Positions 8,718 through 17,813 of a stretch of DNA of 26,915 nucleotides are shown here, piece by piece. A model generated the notes under the pieces. The model made no database searches, was not told where the DNA came from, and worked only from the letters and a program-made list of their open reading frames with translations. The DNA lies in the IMG/VR virus record IMGVR_UViG_3300042892_004104; one strand, given 5' to 3'. Position 1 is the first letter of the stretch; each line of letters opens with the position of its first letter. The position numbers and the translations under genes are program-made. Source of the DNA: a virus (taxonomy: Duplodnaviria; Heunggongvirae; Uroviricota; Caudoviricetes).

Positions 8718-9476
8718 AGTGAAAACACCCTGCCCCAGCTGAAACAAAACTTGATAGAATATGTCAAGCTTCAGCTGGGTGATCAGATCATTGATCTTGA
8801 AACTGATCCAGCACACTACGAAGCTGCATACCAAAAGACCATTGGCACTTACCGACAACGTGCCCAGAATGCATACGAAGAAGCCTACATCTTTATGGAG
8901 CTCATGCGTGATGTCAACATCTACACCTTGCCTCAAGAAGTAGTGCAAGTTCGACAGATTTTCCGCAGAACATTTGGTGACTCCACAGGCCCATTTGCCA
9001 GTAACTTTGACCCATTTGCCCAGGCATCCATCAACGTTTATCTCATGAACTTCAACGTAGCAGGTGGCCTTGCTACCTATGATTTCTACAGTCAGTATGT
9101 GGAACTGGCAGCCAGAATGTTTGGCGGGTTTATGAACTACACCTGGAACACTGTGACCAAGAAACTGCAATTGATCCGTGATCCCAAAGGCACAGGAGAA
9201 AATGTGCTGCTGTGGACTTATCAGTTAAAACCCGAGGTTCAGCTGCTGCAAGACTATCAGATATCACAGTGGATTCGCGACTACATGGTGGCCAACGTTA
9301 AATTGATCATTGGTGAAGCACGTGAAAAGTTTTCAACCATAGCTGGTCCGCAAAGCGGCACCACACTCAACGGTACAGCTATGAAAGCAGAAGGCCAGGC
9401 ACAAATGGACGCCCTAATTGAACAACTCAAAATGTATGTGGATGGCTCACAACCACTAACTTGGGTAATTGGTTAA
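8715..9476 (+). CDS. Neck protein / head-tail adaptor, T4 gp13-like, 253 aa
   Basis: N-terminal LKQNLIEYVKLQLGDQIIDLE and C-terminal WIRDY...IIGEAREKF...GTTLNG are characteristic of the gp13 family. Confidence 0.85.
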   Translation: MSENTLPQLKQNLIEYVKLQLGDQIIDLETDPAHYEAAYQKTIGTYRQRAQNAYEEAYIFMELMRDVNIYTLPQEVVQVRQIFRRTFGDSTGPFASNFDPFAQASINVYLMNFNVAGGLATYDFYSQYVELAARMFGGFMNYTWNTVTKKLQLIRDPKGTGENVLLWTYQLKPEVQLLQDYQISQWIRDYMVANVKLIIGEAREKFSTIAGPQSGTTLNGTAMKAEGQAQMDALIEQLKMYVDGSQPLTWVIG

Positions 9477-9505
9477 TTGACACACAATTAAATTACTGTT
9501 ATACT
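9477..9505 (+). promoter_or_regulatory. Sigma70-type promoter TTGACA-17nt-TATACT with extended -10
   Basis: Consensus -35 at 9477-9482, -10 at 9500-9505, ATG 5 nt downstream with no SD. Confidence 0.85.
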
Positions 9506-9510
9506 ACGGT

Positions 9511-10035
9511 ATGGCAGACTTAATGATCGACTTAGAAGGACTTGCAACAGGTCCCGACACATGCATTCTAACTATTGCGGCTCAAAGCTTTGACCCGTTT
9601 GGGCACAGCTATTCGGGCAAATTCTACTATGCCAGGGTAACACTGGAAAGCCAACCAGATCGGGCAATTGATCAAGGCACAATTGATTGGTGGGCTACCC
9701 AACCAGCACATGCACGGGAAGAAGCCTTCAGCGAAGAAGGCCGCATACCACTAGATCAAGCACTAGAAGAATTGGGCCGGCTGATCTGGCACTCTGGTCG
9801 CATCTGGGCACAAGGCCCCACGTATGACATGAACATCCTTGAGCATGCTTACAAAAGCTACAACAAATCATTGCCTTGGAAATACTTTCAAGTATGCGAT
9901 AGTCGCACACTGTTTAGATTATGGCCTGATCAACCTATCCCGCCTACTACTCACCACGCCCTGGAAGACTGCCGCAGACAAATTGGCATGCTGCAACAAA
10001 CACTGCGACATCTAAATATCAAGGAACTCAAATGA
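9511..10035 (+). CDS. DEDDh 3'-5' exonuclease (DexA / RNase AS-like), 174 aa
   Basis: Exo motifs LMIDLE, WAQGPTYD and HHALED. Confidence 0.85.
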   Translation: MADLMIDLEGLATGPDTCILTIAAQSFDPFGHSYSGKFYYARVTLESQPDRAIDQGTIDWWATQPAHAREEAFSEEGRIPLDQALEELGRLIWHSGRIWAQGPTYDMNILEHAYKSYNKSLPWKYFQVCDSRTLFRLWPDQPIPPTTHHALEDCRRQIGMLQQTLRHLNIKELK

Positions 10036-10814
10036 TTATGCATCGTCTGTTATGGATAAGTGGAATAGCCGGAATGACAGCAGTGGTTTGGATAGCTGTG
10101 ACACAGAGTCAACTGATGCTGTTGCTGATCAGTTACTTGTATTTTAGATTTATAAAATTAGTAGGATTTCATATAGGACTGCATCGATACTTTTGCCACG
10201 GTAGTTTTAAAACTGAAAAAGCACAACACTTGTTAATGGTAGTTACCTCGGTATTGTTAGGACAAGGTAGTCCTATCTCCTGGACAACAATGCATAGGCA
10301 TCATCATAAAAATGCTGATCAGCCGTTGGATGTGCATAGCCCACATCATGGAAGATGGCAAAGCTTGTTCAGTACATTCACTGTGAGATCTAACAATTGG
10401 TGGGTAAATGTAAAAAAAGTAAACAAACTTCCGCGTGAATTATTTCGAGATCCGGTATTGGTATTTGTACACGACCATTATTTTAAAATTTGGGCTACAA
10501 TAATTATATCTGCATGGGCGTTGTTTGGAACAACGTTTTTGTTATTTTTTGTATTGGCGCCAATTGGATTTGGATGGCTGCATGCTCCGTTTATCAATTT
10601 TTTTGCACATTTAAATCTACCAGGATCTTATAGAAATTACAACACCTTGGACAAAAGCTACAACAACAACTATATTCGTTGGATAAATCCGGAGGAAGCG
10701 TATCATAACAATCATCATGCAGTTCCGGGCAATTACAATTTTGCACACAAAGACAATGAATTTGATCCAGTTGCCCCAATAATAAAATACTTTTTTGAAA
10801 AAAAAACAACATGA
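10032..10814 (+). CDS. Membrane fatty acid desaturase (delta-9, DesC/OLE1-like), 260 aa
   Basis: Three His boxes (HRYFCH, HRHHH, HNNHH), a DQPLDVHSP motif and hydrophobic transmembrane stretches. Confidence 0.9.
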   Translation: MIMHRLLWISGIAGMTAVVWIAVTQSQLMLLLISYLYFRFIKLVGFHIGLHRYFCHGSFKTEKAQHLLMVVTSVLLGQGSPISWTTMHRHHHKNADQPLDVHSPHHGRWQSLFSTFTVRSNNWWVNVKKVNKLPRELFRDPVLVFVHDHYFKIWATIIISAWALFGTTFLLFFVLAPIGFGWLHAPFINFFAHLNLPGSYRNYNTLDKSYNNNYIRWINPEEAYHNNHHAVPGNYNFAHKDNEFDPVAPIIKYFFEKKTT

Positions 10815-10904
10815 ACAGGTATCTTGATTGACAATCAGCTGGCTGCCCAACACATGTCTATTGGGACTGGCCTTCTTGTAAAATATGGTTTAAGGAAACG
10901 CTCA

Positions 10905-11438
10905 ATGAAATCACTGCCTAAATTATTGATTATTGGACACGGCCGTCACGGCAAAGACACTGTGTGTGATATTCTCAGGGACAACTATGAATTTCAGTTC
11001 CAAAGCAGTTCGGAGTTTTGTGCTCAAAAGTTTATCTACAACAAACTCAAACACAAATACGGTTATACCAGTTTCGAACAGTGTTATATAGATCGACACA
11101 ATCATCGATCAGAATGGTATGACATGATTCATGCCTACTGCCGGGATGACTATGCTCGATTGGGACGAGAGATTTTTGCTGAAAATTCAATCTATTGTGG
11201 TCTAAGAAACAAAAGTGAATTTCATGCCATGCGGAATACTGGGGTGTTTGACCACTGCATCTGGGTGGATAGATCAGACCACCTGCCTCCGGAACCTCGA
11301 GACAGCATGAACCTGGAGATCTGGATGGCCGACTACGTGATTGATAACAACGGAACCTTAGAAGATTTGCATCGCAGTGTGTGCGAGCTAATGGATCGCT
11401 TGTTGACTCAACCCAAGTTGTCAAACATCGGGTTCTAG
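10905..11438 (+). CDS. P-loop kinase, deoxynucleoside monophosphate kinase-like (~177 aa)
   Basis: Walker A motif IIGHGRHGKDT and C-terminal DYVIDNNGTLEDL. ATG at 10905 follows TAAGGA. Confidence 0.75.
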   Translation: MKSLPKLLIIGHGRHGKDTVCDILRDNYEFQFQSSSEFCAQKFIYNKLKHKYGYTSFEQCYIDRHNHRSEWYDMIHAYCRDDYARLGREIFAENSIYCGLRNKSEFHAMRNTGVFDHCIWVDRSDHLPPEPRDSMNLEIWMADYVIDNNGTLEDLHRSVCELMDRLLTQPKLSNIGF

Positions 11439-11768
11439 CCCGCCCTGTCGCCAGGGCAGCTCACTCTTGGCCAGTTCTATTTCACAGTTTTTACAGACTG
11501 ATTTAAGATTTCGAACTTCGGTGTTGGTAAGTCTACCGTCCATGTGATACACCAGCATTTGTGCTGAGTACCTGGCCCTAAACCCACATCGGTCACACAC
11601 CATTTTTTTCTTGTAGCCTGCTGCTTGCCAGCTGGGCTCTCGCTTGCGCAATCCCTTGTTTTTTCTAATGCAGTTCTCACATCTTGAGCGATAGTGAGTC
11701 ACATCGTTGCGACAGTAGTTGACGGCACAAGGCCTTTGCTGACAAACAGGACATACAGGACGGTTCAT
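11421..11768 (-). CDS. Zn-finger / degenerate HNH-like protein (~115 aa)
   Basis: Four CxxC pairs. YHMDGRLTNTEVRNLKSVCKNC resembles an HNH motif but lacks the final His. ATG at 11768 is 4 nt below TATAAATA. Confidence 0.7.
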   Translation of the reverse strand: MNRPVCPVCQQRPCAVNYCRNDVTHYRSRCENCIRKNKGLRKREPSWQAAGYKKKMVCDRCGFRARYSAQMLVYHMDGRLTNTEVRNLKSVCKNCEIELAKSELPWRQGGLEPDV

Positions 11769-11772
11769 ATGG

Positions 11773-11780
11773 TATTTATA
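11773..11780 (-). promoter_or_regulatory. T4-type late promoter TATAAATA
   Basis: Exact consensus on the minus strand. Confidence 0.75.
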
Positions 11781-11830
11781 AGCAGGACCTTTGCAAAGGG
11801 CACTGTAGAACACCATTTTTACCAAATGCC

Positions 11831-11838
11831 TATAAATA
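11831..11838 (+). promoter_or_regulatory. T4-type late promoter TATAAATA for the tail sheath gene
   Basis: Exact consensus, followed by an AAAGGA SD and ATG at 11864. Confidence 0.85.
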
Positions 11839-11863
11839 TCTACAACTTGAAAAGGAATCCATT

Positions 11864-14800
11864 ATGGCTCTAGTATCACCAGGCGTAGAAGTAATAGTCA
11901 TTGACGAGAGTCAATACATCCCTTCTGCAGTCAACACCGTCCCTTACTTTATTGTTGCTACAGCACAAAACAAAGTCAGTGCTGATGGCATCACTGTGGC
12001 AGCAGGCACCCTTGCAGCCAATGCTAACAAAACATATCTTATTACCAGTCAGCGTGATTTGGCCGCCACATTTGGTGTGCCTTTCTTCTACAACACCACA
12101 ACTGGTACGCCCATCAATGGTTACGAACTCAACGAATACGGCCTATTGGCGGCTTACTCAGCACTGGGCGTTACCAATCGTGCTTATGTTCAACGTGCTG
12201 ACGTTGACCTCACTGAGCTCACAGCCAGTCTGATTCGCCCTACAGGCAATCCCAACAACGACACCTACTGGGTTAATACATTGACCAGCACCTGGGGTAT
12301 TTTTGAATGGAATCAGACCACCAACACATTTACCAATAACGTACCACTGGTACTGACAGACTCTGCGGATGTGGTCGGCGGTGACGGATCAGATCCGGTG
12401 GCAGATCTTACGCCTGTTGCAACTGTTGGCAGTATTGGTGATTATGCTATATCCCTGATAGGTCCCAGCACAATTGGCTATTACAAGCGTTATGACAACA
12501 CTTGGGTGCAAGTAGGCGGCGAAGACTGGAAAACTGCACACCCTGCAGTGATCAGTGCAAATGCTCCAACCACATTGACAGTGGCCAGCAACATCAGCAT
12601 CAACGACAGCTTGGTAACAGTGCCTGCATCTCCCAACAACACCATTGCAGGACTTGTTGCAGCAATTAACAGCGCGGCCATCACTGGAGTTACTGCAAGA
12701 GCAGTATCTGGCAAACTGTATATCTATGCTGATTCTACTGCTACCAATGACGGCAGCACACTAACCGGTAATGGCATTGTTTCAATTCAACCAGGTCCCA
12801 CTGGTGGCACAGCATTGCTGTCAGCTCTGGGTATTACCTCTAGAGATTACGCTGCTCCTGACTATTTTCCAGGATACAGCTATCAAAGTCCTCGTTGGAG
12901 AACCACCGACACTGACGGCGGCCGCCCAACTGGATCAGTTTGGCAAAATCTAAGCACTGCCAACAATGGTCTAGACATCAGTGTCAATGTGTTCAATACT
13001 GCACTAGACACATTTGTTGAACAAAACTGCCCTTCTTATGCTGGAGATAACTTTGCCAACTTTGCACTAGACCCCACAGGCGGTGGCCGCAACATTCCAG
13101 TAGGCAGCACCTATGCAGTGTATAACTCTCGTGGATACAGTACCCCAACTTTCCCCACAATGTCTTTTGACATTCTGGAAAGATTTGCTCTGGGCGCAAC
13201 TGAAGTCACAGGCACTCCGTCCACACCACTGCCAGCAATACCATTTGCTGTTGGAAGTCAATTTGGAATTGGATCCACAGAACCGGGTACTTCCACAATT
13301 ACCACTGCACTTGCGACCATTGGTGGCACAGGAACAGTAAGCGATTTTATCAATGCTGTGAGTGCGGCCAACGTTCCCAATTTGTCAGCCAGAGTAAATT
13401 CTGCAGGAAACATTGTGCTGGTGGACAGCACAGGTGGCAGTATAGGAATATCAAACGTTACAGGTACACCAGCGACCATAGCTGGATTTACAACTGCCAA
13501 CCCAAGAGTTCGTCCGTCTGCCCTCACAGCAGGCCTGTTGGTAATGGGTAACTGGGTAACTGCACCGCTGTTTACTTACACAGCCAGTGCAGTAGAACCT
13601 GATCAAGATCCAGCTGATGGTCGTTTGTGGTACTACAGCTCAGTGAGCGATGTGGACATCATGATTCAAGACAACGGCACCTGGCAAGGTTATCAAAACG
13701 TCACCAACGATGTTCGTGGTTTTGACTTGACTCTGACCAATGCCAGCGGTCCTATTATTGCTGCTTCAGCACCTGTCACACAGAATGACACAGCAGAATC
13801 TCCACTGGTATTAGGTGATCTATGGGTGGATACCAGTGACCTAGAAAACTACCCCAAACTTTATCGTTGGGAATTGGTCAGCGGAGTCAACCAGTGGGTA
13901 GAAGTTGATACCACAGATCAAGTGACTGAAAATGGTATTTTGTTTGCTGACGCACGTTGGGCTCCAAACGGCACAACAGATCCTGTGTCAGGCGAATTTC
14001 CTTCTATTGTGAGCCTACTGACCAGCGACTATCTTGATCTGGATGCAGTAACTCCTGACCTGTATCCACAAGGTATGTTGTTGTTCAACACACGCCGCAG
14101 TGGTTACAATGTCAAGAGCTTCCAGAGCGACTACTTCAATGCTCAAAGCTTCCCTGATGATACATTGCCCACACAGAAAAATACCTGGCTCACAGCCAGT
14201 GGCAATCGTCAAGACGGAGCCATGTGGTCAGGCCGACTTGCACAACGCCAGTTGATTGTGCAGGCCATGAAGTCTGCAATTGACACCAGCATTGCTGCAC
14301 GTGAAGAACAAAATCAGTTCAACCTTATTGCTACTCCTGCTTATCCTGAACTGACACTCAACATGATTGCACTCAGCAACGAGCGCAACAACACCTTGTT
14401 TGTGGTGGCTGACACTCCCATGCGCCTGGGCAATGATGGCAACAGCTTGGTTGATTGGGCAACCAACAACAACGGTCTTGGCCTGGTCACAGAAGATGGT
14501 AACAATGCAACCAGCAACTATGCTGCTGCATTCTACCCCAGCTGCTTGACCACAGACCTTGGAGGCAACACAGTGGTACAGCCACCAAGCCACATGATGG
14601 TACGCACAATCTTGCGTAGCGATGCTGTGAGTTATCCATGGTTGGCTCCAGCAGGCACACGTCGAGGTGTGGTTGACAACGCTGCTGCCATTGGTTACAT
14701 TGATGCAGCCACAGGTGAGTTCCAGCAGATTGGTGTAAGCCAGTCAGTACGCGACATCTTGTACGAACGCAACATCAACCCAATTACGTTTATTCCAGGA

Positions 14801-15178
14801 ATTGGTATTGTAAACTTTGGTAACAAGACCACTACCACAACAACCACTGCACTGGATCGAATCAACGTGGCACGACTGGTTGCATTCCTGCGTGGACGCC
14901 TGGAAGAAATTGGCAAGTTGTTCTTGTTCGAACCCAACGACGAAATCACTCGTAATGAAATTGCCAACGTTTGCAACAGCTTGATGATTGATCTGGTATC
15001 CAAACGAGCCATCTACGATTACCTGGTGGTGTGCGATACCAGCAACAACACACCAGCACGTATTGATCGTAACGAACTGTACGTAGACATTGCTATTGAA
15101 CCAGTCAAGGCAGTGGAATTTATCTATATTCCGTTGCGCATCAAGAACACTGGCGAAATTTCAGGCGCTGCTTCTTAA
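11864..15178 (+). CDS. Tail sheath protein (T4 gp18-like), 1104 aa
   Basis: N-terminal LVSPGVEVIVIDES. C-terminal PWLAPAGTRRG, LDRINVARL, FLFEPND, VCDTSNNT and IEPVKAVEFIYI. Confidence 0.95.
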   Translation: MALVSPGVEVIVIDESQYIPSAVNTVPYFIVATAQNKVSADGITVAAGTLAANANKTYLITSQRDLAATFGVPFFYNTTTGTPINGYELNEYGLLAAYSALGVTNRAYVQRADVDLTELTASLIRPTGNPNNDTYWVNTLTSTWGIFEWNQTTNTFTNNVPLVLTDSADVVGGDGSDPVADLTPVATVGSIGDYAISLIGPSTIGYYKRYDNTWVQVGGEDWKTAHPAVISANAPTTLTVASNISINDSLVTVPASPNNTIAGLVAAINSAAITGVTARAVSGKLYIYADSTATNDGSTLTGNGIVSIQPGPTGGTALLSALGITSRDYAAPDYFPGYSYQSPRWRTTDTDGGRPTGSVWQNLSTANNGLDISVNVFNTALDTFVEQNCPSYAGDNFANFALDPTGGGRNIPVGSTYAVYNSRGYSTPTFPTMSFDILERFALGATEVTGTPSTPLPAIPFAVGSQFGIGSTEPGTSTITTALATIGGTGTVSDFINAVSAANVPNLSARVNSAGNIVLVDSTGGSIGISNVTGTPATIAGFTTANPRVRPSALTAGLLVMGNWVTAPLFTYTASAVEPDQDPADGRLWYYSSVSDVDIMIQDNGTWQGYQNVTNDVRGFDLTLTNASGPIIAASAPVTQNDTAESPLVLGDLWVDTSDLENYPKLYRWELVSGVNQWVEVDTTDQVTENGILFADARWAPNGTTDPVSGEFPSIVSLLTSDYLDLDAVTPDLYPQGMLLFNTRRSGYNVKSFQSDYFNAQSFPDDTLPTQKNTWLTASGNRQDGAMWSGRLAQRQLIVQAMKSAIDTSIAAREEQNQFNLIATPAYPELTLNMIALSNERNNTLFVVADTPMRLGNDGNSLVDWATNNNGLGLVTEDGNNATSNYAAAFYPSCLTTDLGGNTVVQPPSHMMVRTILRSDAVSYPWLAPAGTRRGVVDNAAAIGYIDAATGEFQQIGVSQSVRDILYERNINPITFIPGIGIVNFGNKTTTTTTTALDRINVARLVAFLRGRLEEIGKLFLFEPNDEITRNEIANVCNSLMIDLVSKRAIYDYLVVCDTSNNTPARIDRNELYVDIAIEPVKAVEFIYIPLRIKNTGEISGAAS

Positions 15179-15183
15179 TCAAC

Positions 15184-15207
15184 TGGTGGGGGCAAACACC
15201 CCTACCA
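15184..15207 (+). terminator. Stem-loop after the sheath gene (terminator or mRNA stabiliser)
   Basis: TGGTGGGGG-CAAACA-CCCCTACCA, a 9 bp stem with one G-U pair. There is no strong U tract. Confidence 0.5.
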
Positions 15208-15214
15208 ATTCAGG

Positions 15215-15220
15215 TAAATA
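15215..15220 (+). promoter_or_regulatory. Late promoter core TAAATA for the tail tube gene
   Basis: Intergenic TAAATA, followed by an AGGAGA SD and ATG at 15242. Confidence 0.65.
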
Positions 15221-15241
15221 AACATATAGGAGATATACAAA

Positions 15242-15874
15242 ATGGCAGTTTCATCATTACAGCGCATGACAGTTCCAGTGGGCAGTGCCGGCGAAGGCGG
15301 CGTCCAGGGCATGTTGATGCCCAAATTAAAATACCGATTCCGTGTGTTCTTTGAAAACCTGGGCGTTTCAAAACCTACAACAGAACTCACAAAACAAGTG
15401 GTCAGTGTGTCACGACCTAATTTGACATTTGAAGAAATAGCAATTCCAGTCTACAACTCAACACTCAAGCTAGCAGGGCGCCACTCTTGGGCAGATATCA
15501 CTTGCTCAGTACGTGATGATGCCACTGGCGAAGTCAGTCGCTTGATTGGCGAGCAGTTGCAAAAGCAAATGGACTTCTTGGAAATGGCATCAGCCAGTTC
15601 AGGTATTGATTACAAGTTTACTACCAAGATTGAAATATTAGACGGCGGCAACGGAGCGTTTGATCCTGTGGTTCTTGAAACATGGGAACTGTACGGTTGC
15701 TATCTTAAAGGTGCCAACTACGGCGATCTAAACTACAGCTCAAACGAAGCAGTCACTGTTGAAATGTCAATTGCTTACGACAACGCCAATCAGACACCTG
15801 GCGGATCTGGAGTTGGTGCAGAAGTTGGCCGAGCTCTTGGTGATGTTGTGACAGGTGCTGGCCAAGCTAGCTAA
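15242..15874 (+). CDS. Tail tube protein (T4 gp19-like), 210 aa
   Basis: Directly follows the sheath gene. Motifs PKLKYRFRV, KLAGRHSWADITCSVRDD and WELYGCY...YGDLNY. Confidence 0.9.
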   Translation: MAVSSLQRMTVPVGSAGEGGVQGMLMPKLKYRFRVFFENLGVSKPTTELTKQVVSVSRPNLTFEEIAIPVYNSTLKLAGRHSWADITCSVRDDATGEVSRLIGEQLQKQMDFLEMASASSGIDYKFTTKIEILDGGNGAFDPVVLETWELYGCYLKGANYGDLNYSSNEAVTVEMSIAYDNANQTPGGSGVGAEVGRALGDVVTGAGQAS

Positions 15875-15893
15875 CGCTAACAAGGTCTAGCTA

Positions 15894-17006
15894 ATGTCTA
15901 ACTTCGGTCAAGACTTTCTCAAAGGTTTTACCAACGTCAATACCTTGCGTGACTACACTCACGCAAGCAAAACGTTTACGTCCAATCAATACGAACTTAA
16001 ACCCAGGTTTAAGTTTCTTTTTCACGTTAGTTTTACTCTCAACACACAGATCCCGTCGCTGAATCAGTTTGTTAGTTCTGGTGATATTTCCAGTCTTAGT
16101 TATGTGGTCAAAACAGTTGATTTGCCCAAGTACAATGTCAAGACTGAAACACTCAATCAGTACAACCGTAAACGTGTGATACAAACAGGCATTGAATATC
16201 AGCCTGTGACTTTGACGTTTCACGACGACGGCGGAGATGTGGTTCGCAATTTGTGGTACAACTATTTCAGCTACTACTACAAAGATCCTAGCCAGAAATA
16301 TCTTAACCCCAACAACACCAACGGCAGTGCTGGCGCCAGCGAAAACTCTCAAACAGGTTTCAACTACAACGGCAGAGACATCTATGATGATTATCGTCAA
16401 GTCAATGACTGGGGCTACATTGGAGAAGCCATCAACGACGGCACCAATTCAATCAATTCCAGCACAGGAAAGCCTCCGTTTTTTCGAGACATTAGAATAT
16501 ATGGCCTGGACCAGCACAAGTTTGCAGAGTATGTGCTGATCAATCCCTTGATTACCAACTGGAATCACGATACCTACAACTACAGCGAAGGTGGAGGTAC
16601 CATGCAGAATACCATGACCATTGCGTACGAAACTGTGAAATACTATACAGGTGCAATTGGCAGTCAGCGTCCTGACGTCAATGTGCAAGGTTTTGCTGAC
16701 CCTGCACACTACGATACCACAGTAAGCTCACTGAGTCGCCCAGGCAGCACCAGGTCAGTGTTTGGCCAAGGCGGCTTGCTGGATGCTGGCAGCGGCATTT
16801 TGAAAGATTTGCAAAGTGGCAGCCCATTGGGACTGATTGGTGCTGCACAAAAAGCACTCACTGCTCGAAACACATTCAAAGGAAAAAATATTGCATCATT
16901 GGCCAAGAGTGAAGCAACTGCCATTGGCACCAGTGCTATCACATCGGGCATTAGAAATAACGGTGGTAGATTTTTTCCAACACCTAAATCTCCGTCAACT
17001 AACTAA
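15894..17006 (+). CDS. Tail-tube-family protein (gp54/gp48-like baseplate-tube initiator), 370 aa
   Basis: VKTVDLPKY...YQPVTLTFHDD...LW and MTIAYE echo the gp19 fold. Position after the tube gene is consistent. Confidence 0.7.
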   Translation: MSNFGQDFLKGFTNVNTLRDYTHASKTFTSNQYELKPRFKFLFHVSFTLNTQIPSLNQFVSSGDISSLSYVVKTVDLPKYNVKTETLNQYNRKRVIQTGIEYQPVTLTFHDDGGDVVRNLWYNYFSYYYKDPSQKYLNPNNTNGSAGASENSQTGFNYNGRDIYDDYRQVNDWGYIGEAINDGTNSINSSTGKPPFFRDIRIYGLDQHKFAEYVLINPLITNWNHDTYNYSEGGGTMQNTMTIAYETVKYYTGAIGSQRPDVNVQGFADPAHYDTTVSSLSRPGSTRSVFGQGGLLDAGSGILKDLQSGSPLGLIGAAQKALTARNTFKGKNIASLAKSEATAIGTSAITSGIRNNGGRFFPTPKSPSTN

Positions 17007-17011
17007 ATGTT

Positions 17012-17371
17012 ATGAGCAGTATCAATTCCACCAATTACAACATTGATCAAACAGTGCGTGTGTTTGACAGTTTCTACGAGTACGATGTCAATGTTCCTGC
17101 GGCAGAGTATGATGTGGTGTACAGTTACTTTCAAAAAGAAATGACCACTGCTGCAGCAGCTGGTAATTTCACAGTGAGCTTGTTCAGAGTAGCTGAAGAA
17201 ACTGGTATTCCTGCCATGGATCTGCTGCAACAATTTCAGGGACAAAACGGTGTGAATCTAAACGTGCAGTTGGCCTATTTTCTCAACAGCATACGCAACA
17301 AGGCCACATTGCTGGGCGTGGGTGTGCCTGTACAAAGCAATAGATACGCTGCAAGGTTAGTGGTACAATGA
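17012..17371 (+). CDS. Hypothetical protein in the tail module, 119 aa
   Basis: Tightly packed ORF with an ATGA overlap into the next gene. Confidence 0.7.
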   Translation: MSSINSTNYNIDQTVRVFDSFYEYDVNVPAAEYDVVYSYFQKEMTTAAAAGNFTVSLFRVAEETGIPAMDLLQQFQGQNGVNLNVQLAYFLNSIRNKATLLGVGVPVQSNRYAARLVVQ

Positions 17372-17799
17372 GCAAATGGGCACAAGGCACATACGAAGTC
17401 ATCAACAAAGACAAGTATGTGGGTACTCGTGCCCCTCGCTATCGGTCGGGCTGGGAATTCAGTTTCATGAAGTTTTGCGATTCCAACGATCATGTGCTGC
17501 AATGGGCCAGCGAAGCCATACAAATACCCTACAGACATCCGCTAACCGGCAAGCAAACCATCTATGTGCCGGACTTTTTGATCACTTATCGCACTAGAAG
17601 CAACACCATGCGAGCTGAACTGATTGAAATCAAACCCAAAAAACAAAGCGTGATTGAGTCTAAAATGAGCTCTCGAGACCGTGCAGTGGTTGCCATCAAC
17701 TATGCAAAATGGCAAGCTGCCACTGCCTGGTGCAAGCGCCAGGGAATCACTTTTAGAGTGGTCACTGAAGACGATATGTTTAGGAACGGTTCCAAGTAG
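17368..17799 (+). CDS. Head completion nuclease (T4 gp4-like, TnsA-N / PD-(D/E)xK fold), 143 aa
   Basis: Motifs YRSGWE, WASE, IPY, YVPDF, IEIKP, INYAKWQAA and FRVVTE. Confidence 0.9.
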   Translation: MSKWAQGTYEVINKDKYVGTRAPRYRSGWEFSFMKFCDSNDHVLQWASEAIQIPYRHPLTGKQTIYVPDFLITYRTRSNTMRAELIEIKPKKQSVIESKMSSRDRAVVAINYAKWQAATAWCKRQGITFRVVTEDDMFRNGSK

Positions 17800-17803
17800 C
17801 TAC

Positions 17804-17809
17804 TAAATA
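17804..17809 (+). promoter_or_regulatory. Late promoter core (C)TAAATA
   Basis: Lies in a 14 nt intergenic gap, 4 nt upstream of ATG 17814, with no SD. Confidence 0.65.
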
Positions 17810-17813
17810 TGGC

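Noticed and set aside
10791-10807. T and A homopolymer runs at the desaturase 3' end as a frameshift or phase-variation site
   Set aside because: They lie after all catalytic motifs and a few codons from the stop, so slippage would change little.
10824-10904. N-terminal extension of the kinase from TTG 10824, and a TTGACA at 10828
   Set aside because: ATG 10905 has an SD and places the P-loop near the N-terminus. The TTGACA has no -10 element at 17 nt spacing.
17368-17799. TnsA-like nuclease as a sign of a Tn7 transposon
   Set aside because: Motifs and context match the T4 gp4 head completion protein. No other transposition genes or element ends are present.
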